A stretch of 63,555 nt of DNA, counting the filler, from Lenisia limosa (Eukaryota > Protista > Breviatea): NCBI GenBank assembly GCA_001655205.1. It is 12 parts of 12 records of this genome, joined end to end, with 100 filler letters (N's around TTAATTAATTAA, not from the genome) between each part and the next. Parts side by side here need not be neighbours in the genome. Positions count along the whole stretch, not along the records: positions 42,513 to 49,680 come from LPNZ01009327.1; positions 49,781 to 51,387 come from LPNZ01004525.1; positions 51,488 to 53,779 come from LPNZ01003639.1; positions 53,880 to 61,135 come from LPNZ01004472.1; 8 more parts are not named here. One strand, given 5' to 3'. The translations under genes and the position numbers were made by a program. This document shows, in pieces, positions 47,901 to 59,800 of this stretch. Position 1 is the first letter of the stretch; every line of letters begins with the position of its first letter. Below the pieces are notes generated by a model, which saw only the letters and a program-made list of their open reading frames with translations, had not been told where the DNA came from and made no database searches.

Positions 47901-49655
47901 ATTAAAATTATAGACTCAGCCCAAGACTCTTAAAAAGGCCCCTGTCGAAAAGCCAAAAACGGTATGTACTTTTAAGACATTTTTGAAAACTATTTTGTTT
48001 TGTTATCAGAACCTGACTGGCTTAGACTCAACGTGCGAAAGCACCTGTTCGTCAAAAAGCCGCATCGGAACCCGTGCAACAAAGCGTTGATATGATACGT
48101 TTTATGGTTATTGTTGTCATTGTTATCCAGGTATCTATTTATTATAGCATATGTTTTCAATGAAAATGTGAAAAAGTATGTGATTTCTGTTATTGTATAG
48201 AACAAATGGGAGTTTCAATCAAATAAATAAAGTGTAAACACATTGTCAACTTTTAAAAACAATCCTAAAAAAAGTGATCCGAATTTTGTCCAGTGATCTG
48301 CATTTTGACTAATATATATGTATATATAAAGACGATGCTAATAATAAGAAAAAAGAAAAGTGAAAAAAAGAAAAATGAAAAATGATGACAGATAATGATA
48401 AGTAAAAATGCCCCCCTCGCCTCAAACCAATACAGGCTGGACGCGAGTACTTCCCATCAGTCACCGGGTATTTATCAAAAGAGAAAGAATACGGATAGTT
48501 GTCTGAACGATACTGCGTAGCCGCACAATTCGTCTAAATTGAATTTTAAAAAAATACATAGAAAATAAACACCTGGGTCCAAAAAGATAAACTTTTTGAA
48601 TACTCCTTACAAACACCTTTTTAAAACTCCCCACAAATCAAACACCAACCCCACCCCCCTCCATAAACAACTTTTGAAAAATACTCCCAAAAATCTGTTT
48701 TGAATTCACCCCACAAACCACTTTAGAATACTCGAGTGAGACGGACACAGCTCGATAGTACTGGAACACTACCAGAGTTAAACTTAGAGAGTGGAGGANN
48801 NNNNNNNNNNNNNNNNNNNNNNNNNNNNNNNNNNNNNNNNNNNNNNNNNNNNNNNNNNNNNNNNNNNNNNNNNNNNNNNNNNNNNNNNNNNNNNNNNNNN
48901 NNNNNNNNNNNNNNNNNNNNNNNNNNNNNNNNNNNNNAAGCCGTCCGTATCATTTCTCAGGATTATGTAGTTAGAGTAAAACATTAATTCACGCAATCAC
49001 TTGGCTTACTGTGTGCCTCCCCATCATACCACTACAATACTGGTCAGTCAACGGACCAACGAAAATCCTTCGGAAATTTCCCACACCTGAAAGTAATTAA
49101 GTGGGGAAATGTTGTTTTTTGTTTTGTTTTGTTTTGTTTTGTTTTGTTTTGTTTTGTTTTGTTTTGTTTTGTTTTGTTTTGACAGTTTATCTCTCACAAC
49201 ATGGAAGTTAAAAGTAATAATATGTGAAAGAGAAACTAAAACTAATTCAGTGAAATAGAAACTATAATTCAGTGAAATAGAAACTAAAACGAATTCAGTG
49301 AAATAGAAACTAAAACTAATTCAGTGAAATAGAAACTAAAACTAATTCAGTGAAATAGAAACTATAATTCAGTGAAATAGAAACTAAAACTAATTCAGTG
49401 GAAGAGAAACTATAATTCAGTGAAAAACTAAAACTAATTCAGTGGAAGAGAAACTAAAACTAATTCAGAGGAAGAAACTAAAACTAATTCAGAAGAAGAG
49501 AAACTAAAACTAATTCAGTGAAATTGAAGCTCAAAAACAACACACAACCTTCTCTCCTCTACACAGCTCTCAACTCCCCCATCATACCATTCACACTTAT
49601 CGCCATTTTGCCGGCCATACTATCGGCCATCGAAAATGTGTGCCAGTATATTCCT
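44665..49655 (-). CDS. Cys-containing multi-exon protein (surface-protein-like) hosting the pogo element in an intron
   Basis: Minus exons DQGIYWHTFSMADSMAGK, TNCAATQYRSDNYPY..RPACI (~48431-48535) and DCPSGHTCDGIVKTECTTGDVEFNVCT (~44845-44928) flank the transposon. Confidence 0.5.
44940..45025. repeat. Compound (GAT)n(GAA)n microsatellite next to the left TIR
   Basis: Direct reading. Confidence 0.95.
45037..48311 (+). mobile_element. Fot/pogo-like (IS630-Tc1-mariner) DNA transposon, ~3.3 kb, TIR-bounded
   Basis: Left GGTCAAAATGCGGATCACTGGACAAAATGTGGATCATTTTTTTA (45037-45080) matches the reverse complement of 48266-48310 (AGTCAAAATGCAGATCACTGGACAAAATTCGGATCACTTTTTTTA). Each TIR holds a direct repeat and the pair encloses a DDE_1 transposase. 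The TSD is not clear. Confidence 0.85.
45491..47880 (+). pseudogene. Intron-containing DD35D pogo/Fot-like transposase, decayed
   Basis: HTH/CENP-B-like GRGTKFPESLHGVLVSWI and KWAQRFAHTH; SSGKYVPPLVLL; ESFTYWALYVFIPHV..ALLIMDGHSSR-35 aa-LQPVD..FGVMK; FSAFQAAGL. In-frame TAA at 45608, apparent frameshift at the T run 45638-45643, first catalytic Asp apparently missing (FVFNET). Confidence 0.8.
49117..49181. repeat. (GTTTT)n microsatellite
   Basis: Direct reading; a similar (AAAAC)n tract lies at 54253-54317. Confidence 0.95.
49229..49524. repeat. Minisatellite with mixed ~20/26 nt units, about 12 copies
   Basis: Unit GAAACT(AAAACT/AT)AATTCAGTG(AAATA/GAAGA). Confidence 0.9.
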
Positions 49656-49911
49656 TGGTCTGGCGGGGGGGGGGGGGGGGNNNNNNNNNNNNNNNNNNNN
49701 NNNNNNNNNNNNNNNNNNNNNNNNTTAATTAATTAANNNNNNNNNNNNNNNNNNNNNNNNNNNNNNNNNNNNNNNNNNNNATATGCATATAGTATATCAT
49801 ATCATAGTGTATATAAGTGATATATAGTACAAGTATATCTATATTTCCATATGATAATATCGTTCTGGGGTGTCAGGCCATGCTTTACCATCAACATAAC
49901 CCCCACCACAG

Positions 49912-51191
49912 GACCAGTATTAGCCATCCTCATCCGAAGGGCTCCGGAGTCCGTATCGCCCATTCTCGGCCAGGTGGTGTCCGCCGTCGTATCCTGGCTC
50001 GAGGTGGAAGGCGGTTTTTATTTTTTTTTGGATAAGAGAAATATTATATTATACTAACTTTACGCACATATTCTTCATCAAAATGTCCTTCGTTTTACTC
50101 CACCCCCCCACCAGAACCAGGAAGCAGGCTTACATTGCCAACTGAGCATGTTGATGGTCATCGCACAGCTCGTTCTGGCGAACACCAACCAAACTATCGA
50201 TGTGGGGGGGAGTGATGGTAGTTGTATTGGTTATGCAAGAAGTGATGATGATGGTGGTGGTGGTGATGATGAGGATGATGATTGTGATAATTATGACGAT
50301 GATAATGACGATGATAGAAGTGATGATGGTTTCCATTTCTTCCATCCCTTTTCACTACCAACACAAGAGATTCTACTGATAAAACTTTGATACTTTTCGG
50401 GAATTGTATCGAGCATTTAGTTTCTTTTAACCAGGGCTTCACTTCGGTTCGAAAAAGACTCGCAAAATAGGATTTATCGAGAAATTCAGTCTTTTTTTAC
50501 CGAAGAGAAACCCTTCTTGTAACCAAAGCGAAGCCCTACTAACACGACAGTTTCTCGCGTCACAAACTACCCCACAAGGCAAGAATGTTCTCACTGTCGT
50601 TCTCACGTGAGTTTGCCTACTAGTTTTAAAAAAATTAAGAACATATTTGGGCTTCCCTGTGTACGAAAAAGACCGGTGAAATATCGATATTTTCGAAGAT
50701 TTATCGAGTATTTATGTCCTTTGTTTTACCCCCTCCCCCAGTTCATGGAAAAGGCACCATCAATCTTCCATCCGCCTCTATATCAAGAAACTCCTGTAAG
50801 TGGATGGAGGGGTCTAAAGGAAGCTTACTCTTTTTGACACCATTCTTTAAGCATAATCGACTTTTATGGAAAATCTGAAGCATTAATTTTATTCAGGTTT
50901 TATTAATCTTTTTTTTTTGTCATGAATTTTCCCTACAAAGTTGATTTTGGGCTTTTTGTTCATTACTGTTCCAATTTTGTCTAGTTTTAGCGTTGGTTGC
51001 TTTATTATTATTATTGTTATTATTATTATTATTTTTATTTTTATTTTTAGTTTCAGATTATTCGGTTCATGATTGGCACCTTTACGCCGATATTCTTCAT
51101 CGAAATCCCTTCGTTTTACCCCCTTCCCCCCAGAACATCAGCACTCTCCACACTCCTCCTCTCCGGGCACCCTAGTGTTTTGGCGTGTCAG
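49912..51191 (+). CDS. IPO9: Importin-9 (HEAT-repeat karyopherin), internal fragment
   Basis: In-phase exons GPVLAILIRRAPESVSPILGQVVSAVVSWLE / NQEAGLHCQLSMLMVIAQLVLANTNQTID / FLASQTTPQGKNVLTVVLT / SWKRHHQSSIRLYIKKL / TSALSTLLLSGHPSVLACQ follow importin-9 C-terminal motif order. Confidence 0.75.
50057..50114 (+). repeat. Intronic repeat family D, ends at the acceptor
   Basis: ACTTTACGCACATATTCTTCATCAAAATGTCCTTCGTTTTACTCCACCCCCCCACCAG, then an importin-9 exon. Confidence 0.8.
50434..50536. mobile_element. MITE family A copy in an importin-9 intron
   Basis: GGGCTTCACTTCGGTTCGAAAAAGAC...CAAAGCGAAGCCC|TA; a half copy follows at 50649-50710. Confidence 0.82.
51056..51133 (+). repeat. Intronic repeat family D, ends at the acceptor
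   Basis: GATTATTCGGTTCATGATTGGCACCTTTACGCCGATATTCTTCATCGAAATCCCTTCGTTTTACCCCCTTCCCCCCAG. Other copies at 8278-8342 and 62890-62937. Confidence 0.82.
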
Positions 51192-51324
51192 GTGGGTTGT
51201 ATCCATAATTGACAAAAATGAGGAACGGTTCAATGCATTGACATTGAGTTGTATTATATATGGCGTTTGGGGGGGGGAGGTCCAAATTTGAAACTTTTTT
51301 GGATGCCATATGCTGGGGAAGCAC

Positions 51325-51370
51325 GCAGAAAGCTGTGTGCACAGAGTTGTAAGGCAAATGATTGGGTGAA
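51325..51370 (+). repeat. Intronic repeat family G
   Basis: GCAGAAAGCTGTGTGCACAGAGTTGTAAGGCAAATGATTGGGTGAA; reverse-complement copies at 3617-3650, 11467-11496, 34097-34118 (partial) and 41605-41655. Confidence 0.75.
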
Positions 51371-51584
51371 TTAATACTATACTATAANNNNNNNNNNNNN
51401 NNNNNNNNNNNNNNNNNNNNNNNNNNNNNNNTTAATTAATTAANNNNNNNNNNNNNNNNNNNNNNNNNNNNNNNNNNNNNNNNNNNNTGTTGCCATAACG
51501 GACTATTTGGTAAGACATGACAGACAGCATTGAATGAAAGGTCACTGCCTTTCTAGTTTTTGAAGACAAGGAGCATGCAAACCT

Positions 51585-53555
51585 GTGGCGCGGCAACAGG
51601 GTTGAAAATGGGCTGTTGTTGGGGTTGTTGGAAGGTAGACTGGGGGGCCAATGCAGCGGCAACAGCAGCTGAAAAGTGTCATTTGTAAGGATTATGGGTG
51701 GAAAGCAAAAAGAAATACCTAGTCATGTTTGTTTGTATCTTTTGTATACAACAACAAAACAGCGCTGCATACCAAGAGCACCAGGTTGCTGGAGTTGTTG
51801 GTAGAGCTGGGGGAACATTTGCATGAGACCCATGGCTCCTTGGGGCTAAAAGGTAAAGGCGAACTGTACTGTGACCCCACCCCAATACCCTAATGACAAA
51901 ACAAAACGAAACAAAAAGTCCATTCTCACGTTCAGCTGAGGGACAGTAGCGGTGGGCATGGGCATGGTGGGTTGGACAGGCATCTGCATTGGCACAGCTG
52001 CCTGCTGGGAAATGGGTGAACAAAGCTAAAATTGTATCTGAAGAAAATCGTATGATATAAAGACACCATGTTGAATCCTACCGCAGCTGCAGTTTCTTTT
52101 TCTTTGTCAGTGTCAGCAAAACGGACAACAAGGTTCTTTTCAGATCCCTAATGTTGAGGGGTTAAGATGAAGGAAAGTGTGCCTTATCTTAAGCAAAAAC
52201 AACAACAACAAAAAATTATACTATGTACAGTATGCTATCCCAAAAGAATAATGGCCCACGGGAAGACTGGTGGAGCCATTGAGAAGAGCAATGGCGCGCT
52301 CAGCCTCGCCCTTGTGGTCCATGCGCACAAAGCCACATCCTGGGGGGTGAAGGGAAAAGCAAACAACCTGCAAAGGGAAAATTCTTATGCTATATCATAA
52401 AACATGGTTTATGAGGAATGAAGGGAAGCTTTTATATTGCGGGTTTTGGGTCACATATTTCTCAAAATCGTACAAAAAGGAGACGTTTGCCACCCATCAA
52501 CGGCTAATCCATATAACCGTCTTTAAGAAAAGAAGAAAAAAAAAATTGAATTTGACATAGCAAAACAAAAAGTAAATTATAATAAAACAATAAGGGAGAG
52601 ATAGAATATATCTTTTCAATCCGCGCTTAAACACTAAAAGATACAGGTCAAATGAACAGTGAAAAATCGCACTTGGTACAATCATGATAAGAATAATAGA
52701 AAACGAATTTTTAGAATAATAAAACAAACAAAAACAAGCCTGCTTGCTTCAACTGTTTTTTTTTTGAAAAAAAAAAAACCCCCAGAGGGTGAGAAACTGA
52801 GGTAAATGAGACAAAGAGCAAACCATTCAAACAAAACAATCAAACAAAAACAATACTAAAGCGAACCCTTAGAAGTTTGATCAGGGCGTTTCATAAGAAA
52901 AACGTCACGCACGGTACCAGCTTGGGAAAAGAGATTGGAAATCTGAAAGCAAAGGTAAAGGCAAGGAACACAATAAGGGGGAAGGGGGGCTTGTGAGATA
53001 AACCTCTAATCAAATAAAGAGAAAACTAATCAGAGAAAAATAATAATAATAATAATGAATTGAATTAAAGAAGAAAAAAAATCATCAGTTGCCATGATAC
53101 CTCTTCAGCAGAGCAACTGGGAGGAGCAAGGGCGAAGAAGATTTTGAAGGAATCAGGTCCTTCCTTGTTAGCCCAACGAACTTCGCAGGGGCGTGTCATC
53201 TGGAAAGAAGCTCAGGAAAACAGCCACAAATGTCATGAGATTGCTTGTTGAGAGAGATGTTCCCCGTTAATAACCCACCAACCGAAGGGAATGTGAATTT
53301 GCCGTCCATAGCTTCTAAGCACGCGTCAGCAGAGGCTCTTCTTTTGAACAGACAAAAACCACATCCTAAAAAAATGATTGTAAGCTCATGTTTTGGTCAA
53401 TTTACCCTTAGAAACTTGTGTAGCAGAATCTTTGAGGATAATGACTTCAGCAACTTCACCAAAAGGTTCAAGAACTGCCTTCATATCTTCTTCCAAGAAA
53501 GATCTCGGAATTCCTCTCACAAATAGTTTGATACCAGTATGTCCTAAACCGTTTG
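51585..53555 (-). CDS. CELF/Bruno-like RNA-binding protein (RRM1, RRM2, Gln/Pro-rich linker), partial
   Basis: IKLFVRGIPRSFLEEDMKAVLEPFGEVAEVIILKDSATQVSKG / MTRPCEVRWA..KIFF / GCGFVRMDHKGEAERAIALLNGSTSLP / NLVVRFADTDKEK are diagnostic CELF RRM motifs. Confidence 0.85.
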
Positions 53556-53889
53556 AGCTTAGGAAGTACAGAATTGAAAATGGGGAAAAGAAAAGCAGTC
53601 CCCTAATTACCTTCCATTTTGACTCACAGGATATGAAAACAAAATACTTGAAGATATTGAAAACAACCCACCGAAACCAGAAAAAAATTTTGCTCTTCGG
53701 TTGGTTGGGTTGGGGACTACATAAAAATTATGCCACGTTGACGCCTTCCTCTTTCCGTTTTCCCGTCTCCCCCCTCCCCNNNNNNNNNNNNNNNNNNNNN
53801 NNNNNNNNNNNNNNNNNNNNNNNTTAATTAATTAANNNNNNNNNNNNNNNNNNNNNNNNNNNNNNNNNNNNNNNNNNNNCCCCCCCCCC

Positions 53890-56800
53890 CCACCCGGGTC
53901 AACGACCCTGTCGGTTCACGTAATTCGGCTTGAGTGACTCTCTCATCCGCATCCTCCTGGATCAAGGCCCGCTCATGTGCAAGACGCACAGCCATTTCTT
54001 GCGCCAATTCCAGGCGGATGGCGTCCCTGTGCGTGTGAAAATGGTGTGTGGGAACGGTGTGATGATGTACAGTGACCGCGATACGTGACTAAAGATAGAG
54101 CTGAATATTCGTGCCATGTGAGAATGGTGCATTTGAGAATTAGAGCTTCACTTCCGGTTCCAGAAGAAGACGGAATTTTCGATAAATCCTCGATAAATAT
54201 TGATAATTAAAAGGTCTTTTGGAACAGAAAGTGAAGCTCAAGTGAGAAAGGAAACAAAACAAAACAAAACAAAACAAAACAAAACAAAAACAAAACAAAA
54301 ACAAAACAAAAACAAAAAAGCTCTACAATACGATATAATATCATTAAACGTAAAATAGTGATGTCACATCCTACCTGGAGCAATCAACATCCTCAAGAAC
54401 TTCCTTCGTGATTGTTTCAACCAATTCTCGTCGCAGCGTCTCTGTAATTTCGACCCGTAGTTCTGCTGAAAGTTGTTCTTCAATTTCCTGCGGGGTGGGG
54501 ATAAGGGCATTGGAGAGCATAGGAGTGAAGAAATACAGAATTACTATAAAATGTATACTCGCCTCCCCCCAAACAATAAGCAAATAGAAAACATCCCCCC
54601 CCCCACCTGTCGGATNNNNNNNNNNNNNNNNNNNNNNNNNNNNNNNNNNNNNNNNNNNNNNNNNNNNNNNNNNNNNNNNNNNNNNNNNNNNNNNNNNNNN
54701 NNNNNNNNNNNNNNNNNNNNNNNNNNNNNNNNNNNNNNNNNNNNNNNNNNNNNNNNNNNNNNNNNNNNNNNNNNNNNNNNNNNAGTGAAAGTGAATGTAA
54801 CATAAGAATAAACAAAACGACAAAAGAATAAGCTGTTTAATAAAGAAACAGACGAAGTAGTATCATACCGATGCAGTCCAAACCATCAATGCCCTTGAAT
54901 ACAGCTACAATTTCGAAGACTTTCCATCAATGTAGAAGTACGTCTTATGAAATAGCGTTCAAATTGGTTCTGTCTTTTCCAGAAGAACAAAAAGGTTTGT
55001 TAAAACGCCTTTTACCTTGAGTTTCATAATTTATTTTTATTGTGTTTGGAGTTTTGGAGTTTTAGAGTTTGGAGTTTTGGAGTTTAGACTTTTTGAATGT
55101 GAGCTGCTAACCTCAGATAAGAGGTTCTTTAAGGCATTTGACTCTCAGCTCAGCAGCTAGAGTGCACTCTTCACCCCCGGATACAGAAGGAAAACTGTAC
55201 GGGTTGCTTTCTTTTGCTTATTTAAGTAGACTGTGCACAAATCCTCCCGTTTCAGATTAATTCCAAAGAACGGCTCCACCGACCTCGGGCCTCAGCAAAA
55301 CCAGAACAATATCATGAAGCTCAAACCTGGGAAAGATGCTGAGCCGAATCGTGAGTAAACGGCTTTCGACATCCTGGAATGCCACAACCTCATGGACGGG
55401 AAGCACGGTTTCTCCTAGACATTTCAAAGGCCTTCGACACCACCCTGAAGGAGGGCATCATGAGGGCCTCGACAGGCTAAATCCCCCCAAAAAGGTCCGA
55501 AGCCTCCTGGAAACCTCCTTGTCGGGAAATATAGCAAGGATTAAGACACTGCCGACAACCTCTCAAGGGATCACTTGTGTTTGGCTATAGGGCCTTTAAA
55601 AGAACCCATAGACAAAAAGGTAGGCCATTCGTCTTTTTTTTTTTTTTGCATTTTATTTGTCGAAGTAACCCCCACTTTTCGCGTCATGACCGCATCTAAG
55701 CGTATCAACTCAAGTAATGGATCTGTTGACTGAATCCGGGGAGACCTCAACAACAGCGCTACTGAAATTGCTCGTCGAGTTGAGAGAGACAGAGTACAAA
55801 AGGATGCATCCCCCTGAATTTGATGACCTAGAGGCCCTTGCACTCTTATCATCTTGTGCGATTGGTGTCGACGTTGAGAAGGCGTATGGTTTAATATACT
55901 ATTCTATATGAGATGTGTATTAATAACATAGCTCTCCGAGGACTGCCACAAGATGGTTCGCCATTGATACTACCCTGAACGTCTTAAGCTCGTGGATGAA
56001 GGTAAGGTACCCTTTGAATAGTAGTTCTCTCTTACCTTATAGGATTTCTTAAACCCACATTCCAAAGTTCTCAGAAATTAATTTCACTGAAATCAACAAA
56101 GTATCCCGCATATTCAGCGCCTTGCCATGGATGGAATCTGCATGCAGGAATGTTGATTTGCAACCTCGTTTCGATATTGTTTCCAAAAAAGACAGTATTC
56201 AAATTGGTTCATTGAACGCCTAGTATATGCACAACTCTCTACATGGGGAATATCGGCCTGTGCGGTCCTCTCACGGCTCTGTTTCGACGTGTACAAGGCT
56301 TCTATATTCTTTGTTTATTGGCCATACTTTTGTCACCACATTGTGGCAAAACGACACCAACAAAGCTTCGATGTCGGTCACGGTCTAAAAATTGTTGACT
56401 CATTACCTCTGGACCCCAAATGTTTGCTCCCAATTAAACCTGCAAAATAGTATAATAAGGTTTGGAGTCGTACAGATTCAAAAATCGTTTCTTAGTGTTG
56501 AAGAAGGTACCAGGTGATTTTCCTGAGGAAGTTGGTGCTCTTCTGAGCAGTGTTATTTTTGGACTTAGTTGATCTGGTTCAATATTTATTCTCGAAGGCA
56601 GCACTCCACAATGCCAAGGCCCTCTCGGAGTTTGTCTCCAGTCACTCCGCTATTTCGTGCCACGCGAGCCAGAATGAGCTATTTTCCTCCATGGAGATGG
56701 TGGGGGGGGGGNNNNNNNNNNNNNNNNNNNNNNNNNNNNNNNNNNNNNNNNNNNNNNNNNNNNNNNNNNNNNNNNNNGGCTCGCCTAATTTCTCATTCAG

Positions 56801-59800
56801 CTTCATAGACAGATGTGCTCTGAAGAAATATCTTTCTCGATCCGTTATTGTGTGTATCATATCAATTGCGAATGTGCGTTTATGAGGTGAGGCGAGAATA
56901 TTTAGTTAGCTTGGAAGAAAACCCCATGCCAAAAAAGTAAAAAAAAAAGGTAAAGAAAAAAAAAGCCAGGAATGAAATGAGAATAATACCAGCAAGCAAA
57001 AAGACAAACAAGAGGGTTTTTTAAAATGACGGAGAGACACATGTAATGGTGACCAACCTCGCGCGAGGCGTGGGGGGAAGTGGAGTAGTTGGCGGAACTA
57101 ATGGCCGAGCTTGTGTCGAGGACTGGAGAGTCAGAGCTGAAAAAAGCCATTTCTTTTTGCAAAAATGCTCATACTTGAACAAGATTCAGTAATAAAGCAA
57201 TAAATTTATATTTGTGAATGTCACCGTGTTCAGACACCGTGTCATTGCCCTGTGCTATCTCACCCACTTCTCGTCTCAACGGAGAGGCGGGGATTTGACC
57301 GGAAGACTGACTGCGCAAGAGGGTACTCAGGTCAGATGTTGATGTACTAACTCTAAATGAAGTTAGCTGAAATAAATTGAGTTAGGGATAGTTCGTATTT
57401 ATTGCAAGACTTCAACAGAAAAGGTTCTTTGAATGAGAATTTAGTCAGAGATAACAATGATTAGATCACACCCACTCTTCAATCTGCTTCGTGGTGTTGA
57501 TTTCTGATATTCGTCTTAAGTGTCAAGTGAACATACGAATATTGATCAAGATTGGGTAAAAAAATATAAATCAATTCATGAATCCTTAGAATGGTGATTA
57601 TGTATATCCTCACAGTTGGGAATAGGTATCACGGAGGCTTGTTTCAAGCGTCTTGATGCGCCCGGTATAGGCCTCTGATCGCTTCTTGTACTCCTCCACG
57701 TCTTTGCTATAAATAGATTAAATTAGAAGAAGGAGATACTACTGTTGTCAGCAGGACTGATTTGAGAACTAAAGTGAATAAACCGAAATGCCGAAAGAGG
57801 TGTCGCTGAGTGGGGGTACATAGACAAAAGGTCATTTAAACACGGAGTAGTTGAGGAGAGATAAGAACAACGATTTTGAATCCAAAATGCCAACACCAAA
57901 TGACCCCACATAAGTTTGTCAATCTGTCTGTCCTTGGCATCCATCAACTGTCTCAAATGGCTGTCATCGGCTGGATACGGCGGTGAAGGAAGATTCCAAT
58001 TAATTTGAGTTTGGTTATCAAAAAAGAAGATGAAAGAAGAACCTCATTAATTTGACTTGTGAGAACAGGAGTGAAATGGTTGAAGAGAAGAGGAGATATT
58101 GAGACCAGAGTTCGTACAGCAAATACTGCTGAAAACATTTGGTTACTATCCAAAAAAAAAAAAAAAAATTGTTAACGNNNNNNNNNNNNNNNNNNNNNNN
58201 NNNNNNNNNNNNNNNNNNNNNNNGCAGCAGCAACATTCAGCGCAACTCCTCCACTTGATGTCGGTTTACCTATGACGCGATTTGCTGAATGTGAAAGAGT
58301 ACATGCATTTAACATATATTATTTTGTGTATTATGACATTCAATGTAGAAGTGATGGATGTCAGATCATACAATATTTTATGAGAGAGTGTGATAAGATA
58401 CGAATGTAAACATATATAGCTATATCATTATTATACATATAGTATTGGGTTTACTCCATCATTTTCTAATTCATTAATAATAACAGAAACCCAATTTCAA
58501 AACGCAAGAAATAGGTTTAAGTGGTTTTTAGGTGAACCCCAAACCTTCGATGGGTGGGGATGGCTCCGGTTCTGAAACACAATAAGAAGAGAACGTGTAG
58601 AAAACACATCGTATCGGTATATTCTTTTATCTATGACATATTCACCAAATAATACTATTAATATATGATATTATGGCAACTTCAATAACCAATAACGAAA
58701 GAGAATCCTTGTAGCAAGCAATGCTCATACCTGGTGGGCTCTCCGGCATTTTCAGGGATACTGGTGCGGGGAGTGAGGGGTCTTCAAGAGGAGTGGTAGG
58801 GGGACGCGACTCTACCGATTCTGACGCTGCTTTGTGTCAAAGAAAGGATGGGTGGCTGGTGTTTCAGTTCAGTTTTTTTCAAAGATACCTTTTAAATTTC
58901 AGTATACTATATCATATCATATGCATGTGTGTATAATATGTATCGATTTATGTATTAGTAATAATATATCATAAATAAATAAATATTTATAATATGATAT
59001 AGTATACGTAATATATGAATATTTTGTTTCTCTCTTCCCCTCAATCAACTGCACACTTTTGAAAAATAATACACAAAACAAAGAGCATATTCACCCCTTC
59101 CCAGAAAATTCGCATTTCGAACCTAGTAAGTCAGTGGGATCAATACGTTCATCATTAAACGGTAGTGATGGCGGCCGTGAGTACCCCAGCTAGAGAATAT
59201 TAGCAAGGCTATACAGGAAAGCAATTGATGATTTTGATATTTTACCAAATTTATTGTATTTTCCTTTTTAACCATTCAGGCAAACCACAAGAAGGTCTTT
59301 GTCGGAGATATTTGGCAGCTTCTCAAGCGATCCGCTTATAGAAAGCTCAGCTCTGGGGAATTGAGACTAGTGGTTGTGGAGCCAAATATTAAACGCAATA
59401 CGAGAACATGAGGAAAAATCAAGCTTAAACGACAACACCATACCTGCCCCCCCCCCCAATTAATAAAAATAACAAGAAGTTGTAAGAGAGGGAAACAGTA
59501 AGAAATCCAACCTTGGAGGTTGGATCGTAAGGGAGGGGATCAGCTTTGGTGGTAGTCTCTTTTCAATTGGTTTAAATCTGTCAGGTCAGATACGACATTG
59601 AATTAAACATGATCAGATAGGTTTTTGATTTCGTGAAAGCCTGGCAGTGTCAGTCAGGGAAGTTAATCGGAGTATAAAACCCAATCACATCTTAACATAC
59701 ACTTTGCAACTCAACAGCCACATTGAAAGAACAAGGGATATGAATCATACTAAATATGATATTATCATAGATACTATGAGTAATATTTGCATATCATACT

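Noticed and set aside
49229-49524. CRISPR-like array
   Set aside because: The units are head-to-tail with no unique spacers, there are no cas genes, and the context is a eukaryotic intron.
55930-56870. hAT transposase call from TRW-, LDP- and SAS..R-like motifs
   Set aside because: The motifs are short, interrupted by stops and have no TIRs. Kept only as a weak possibility in the findings.
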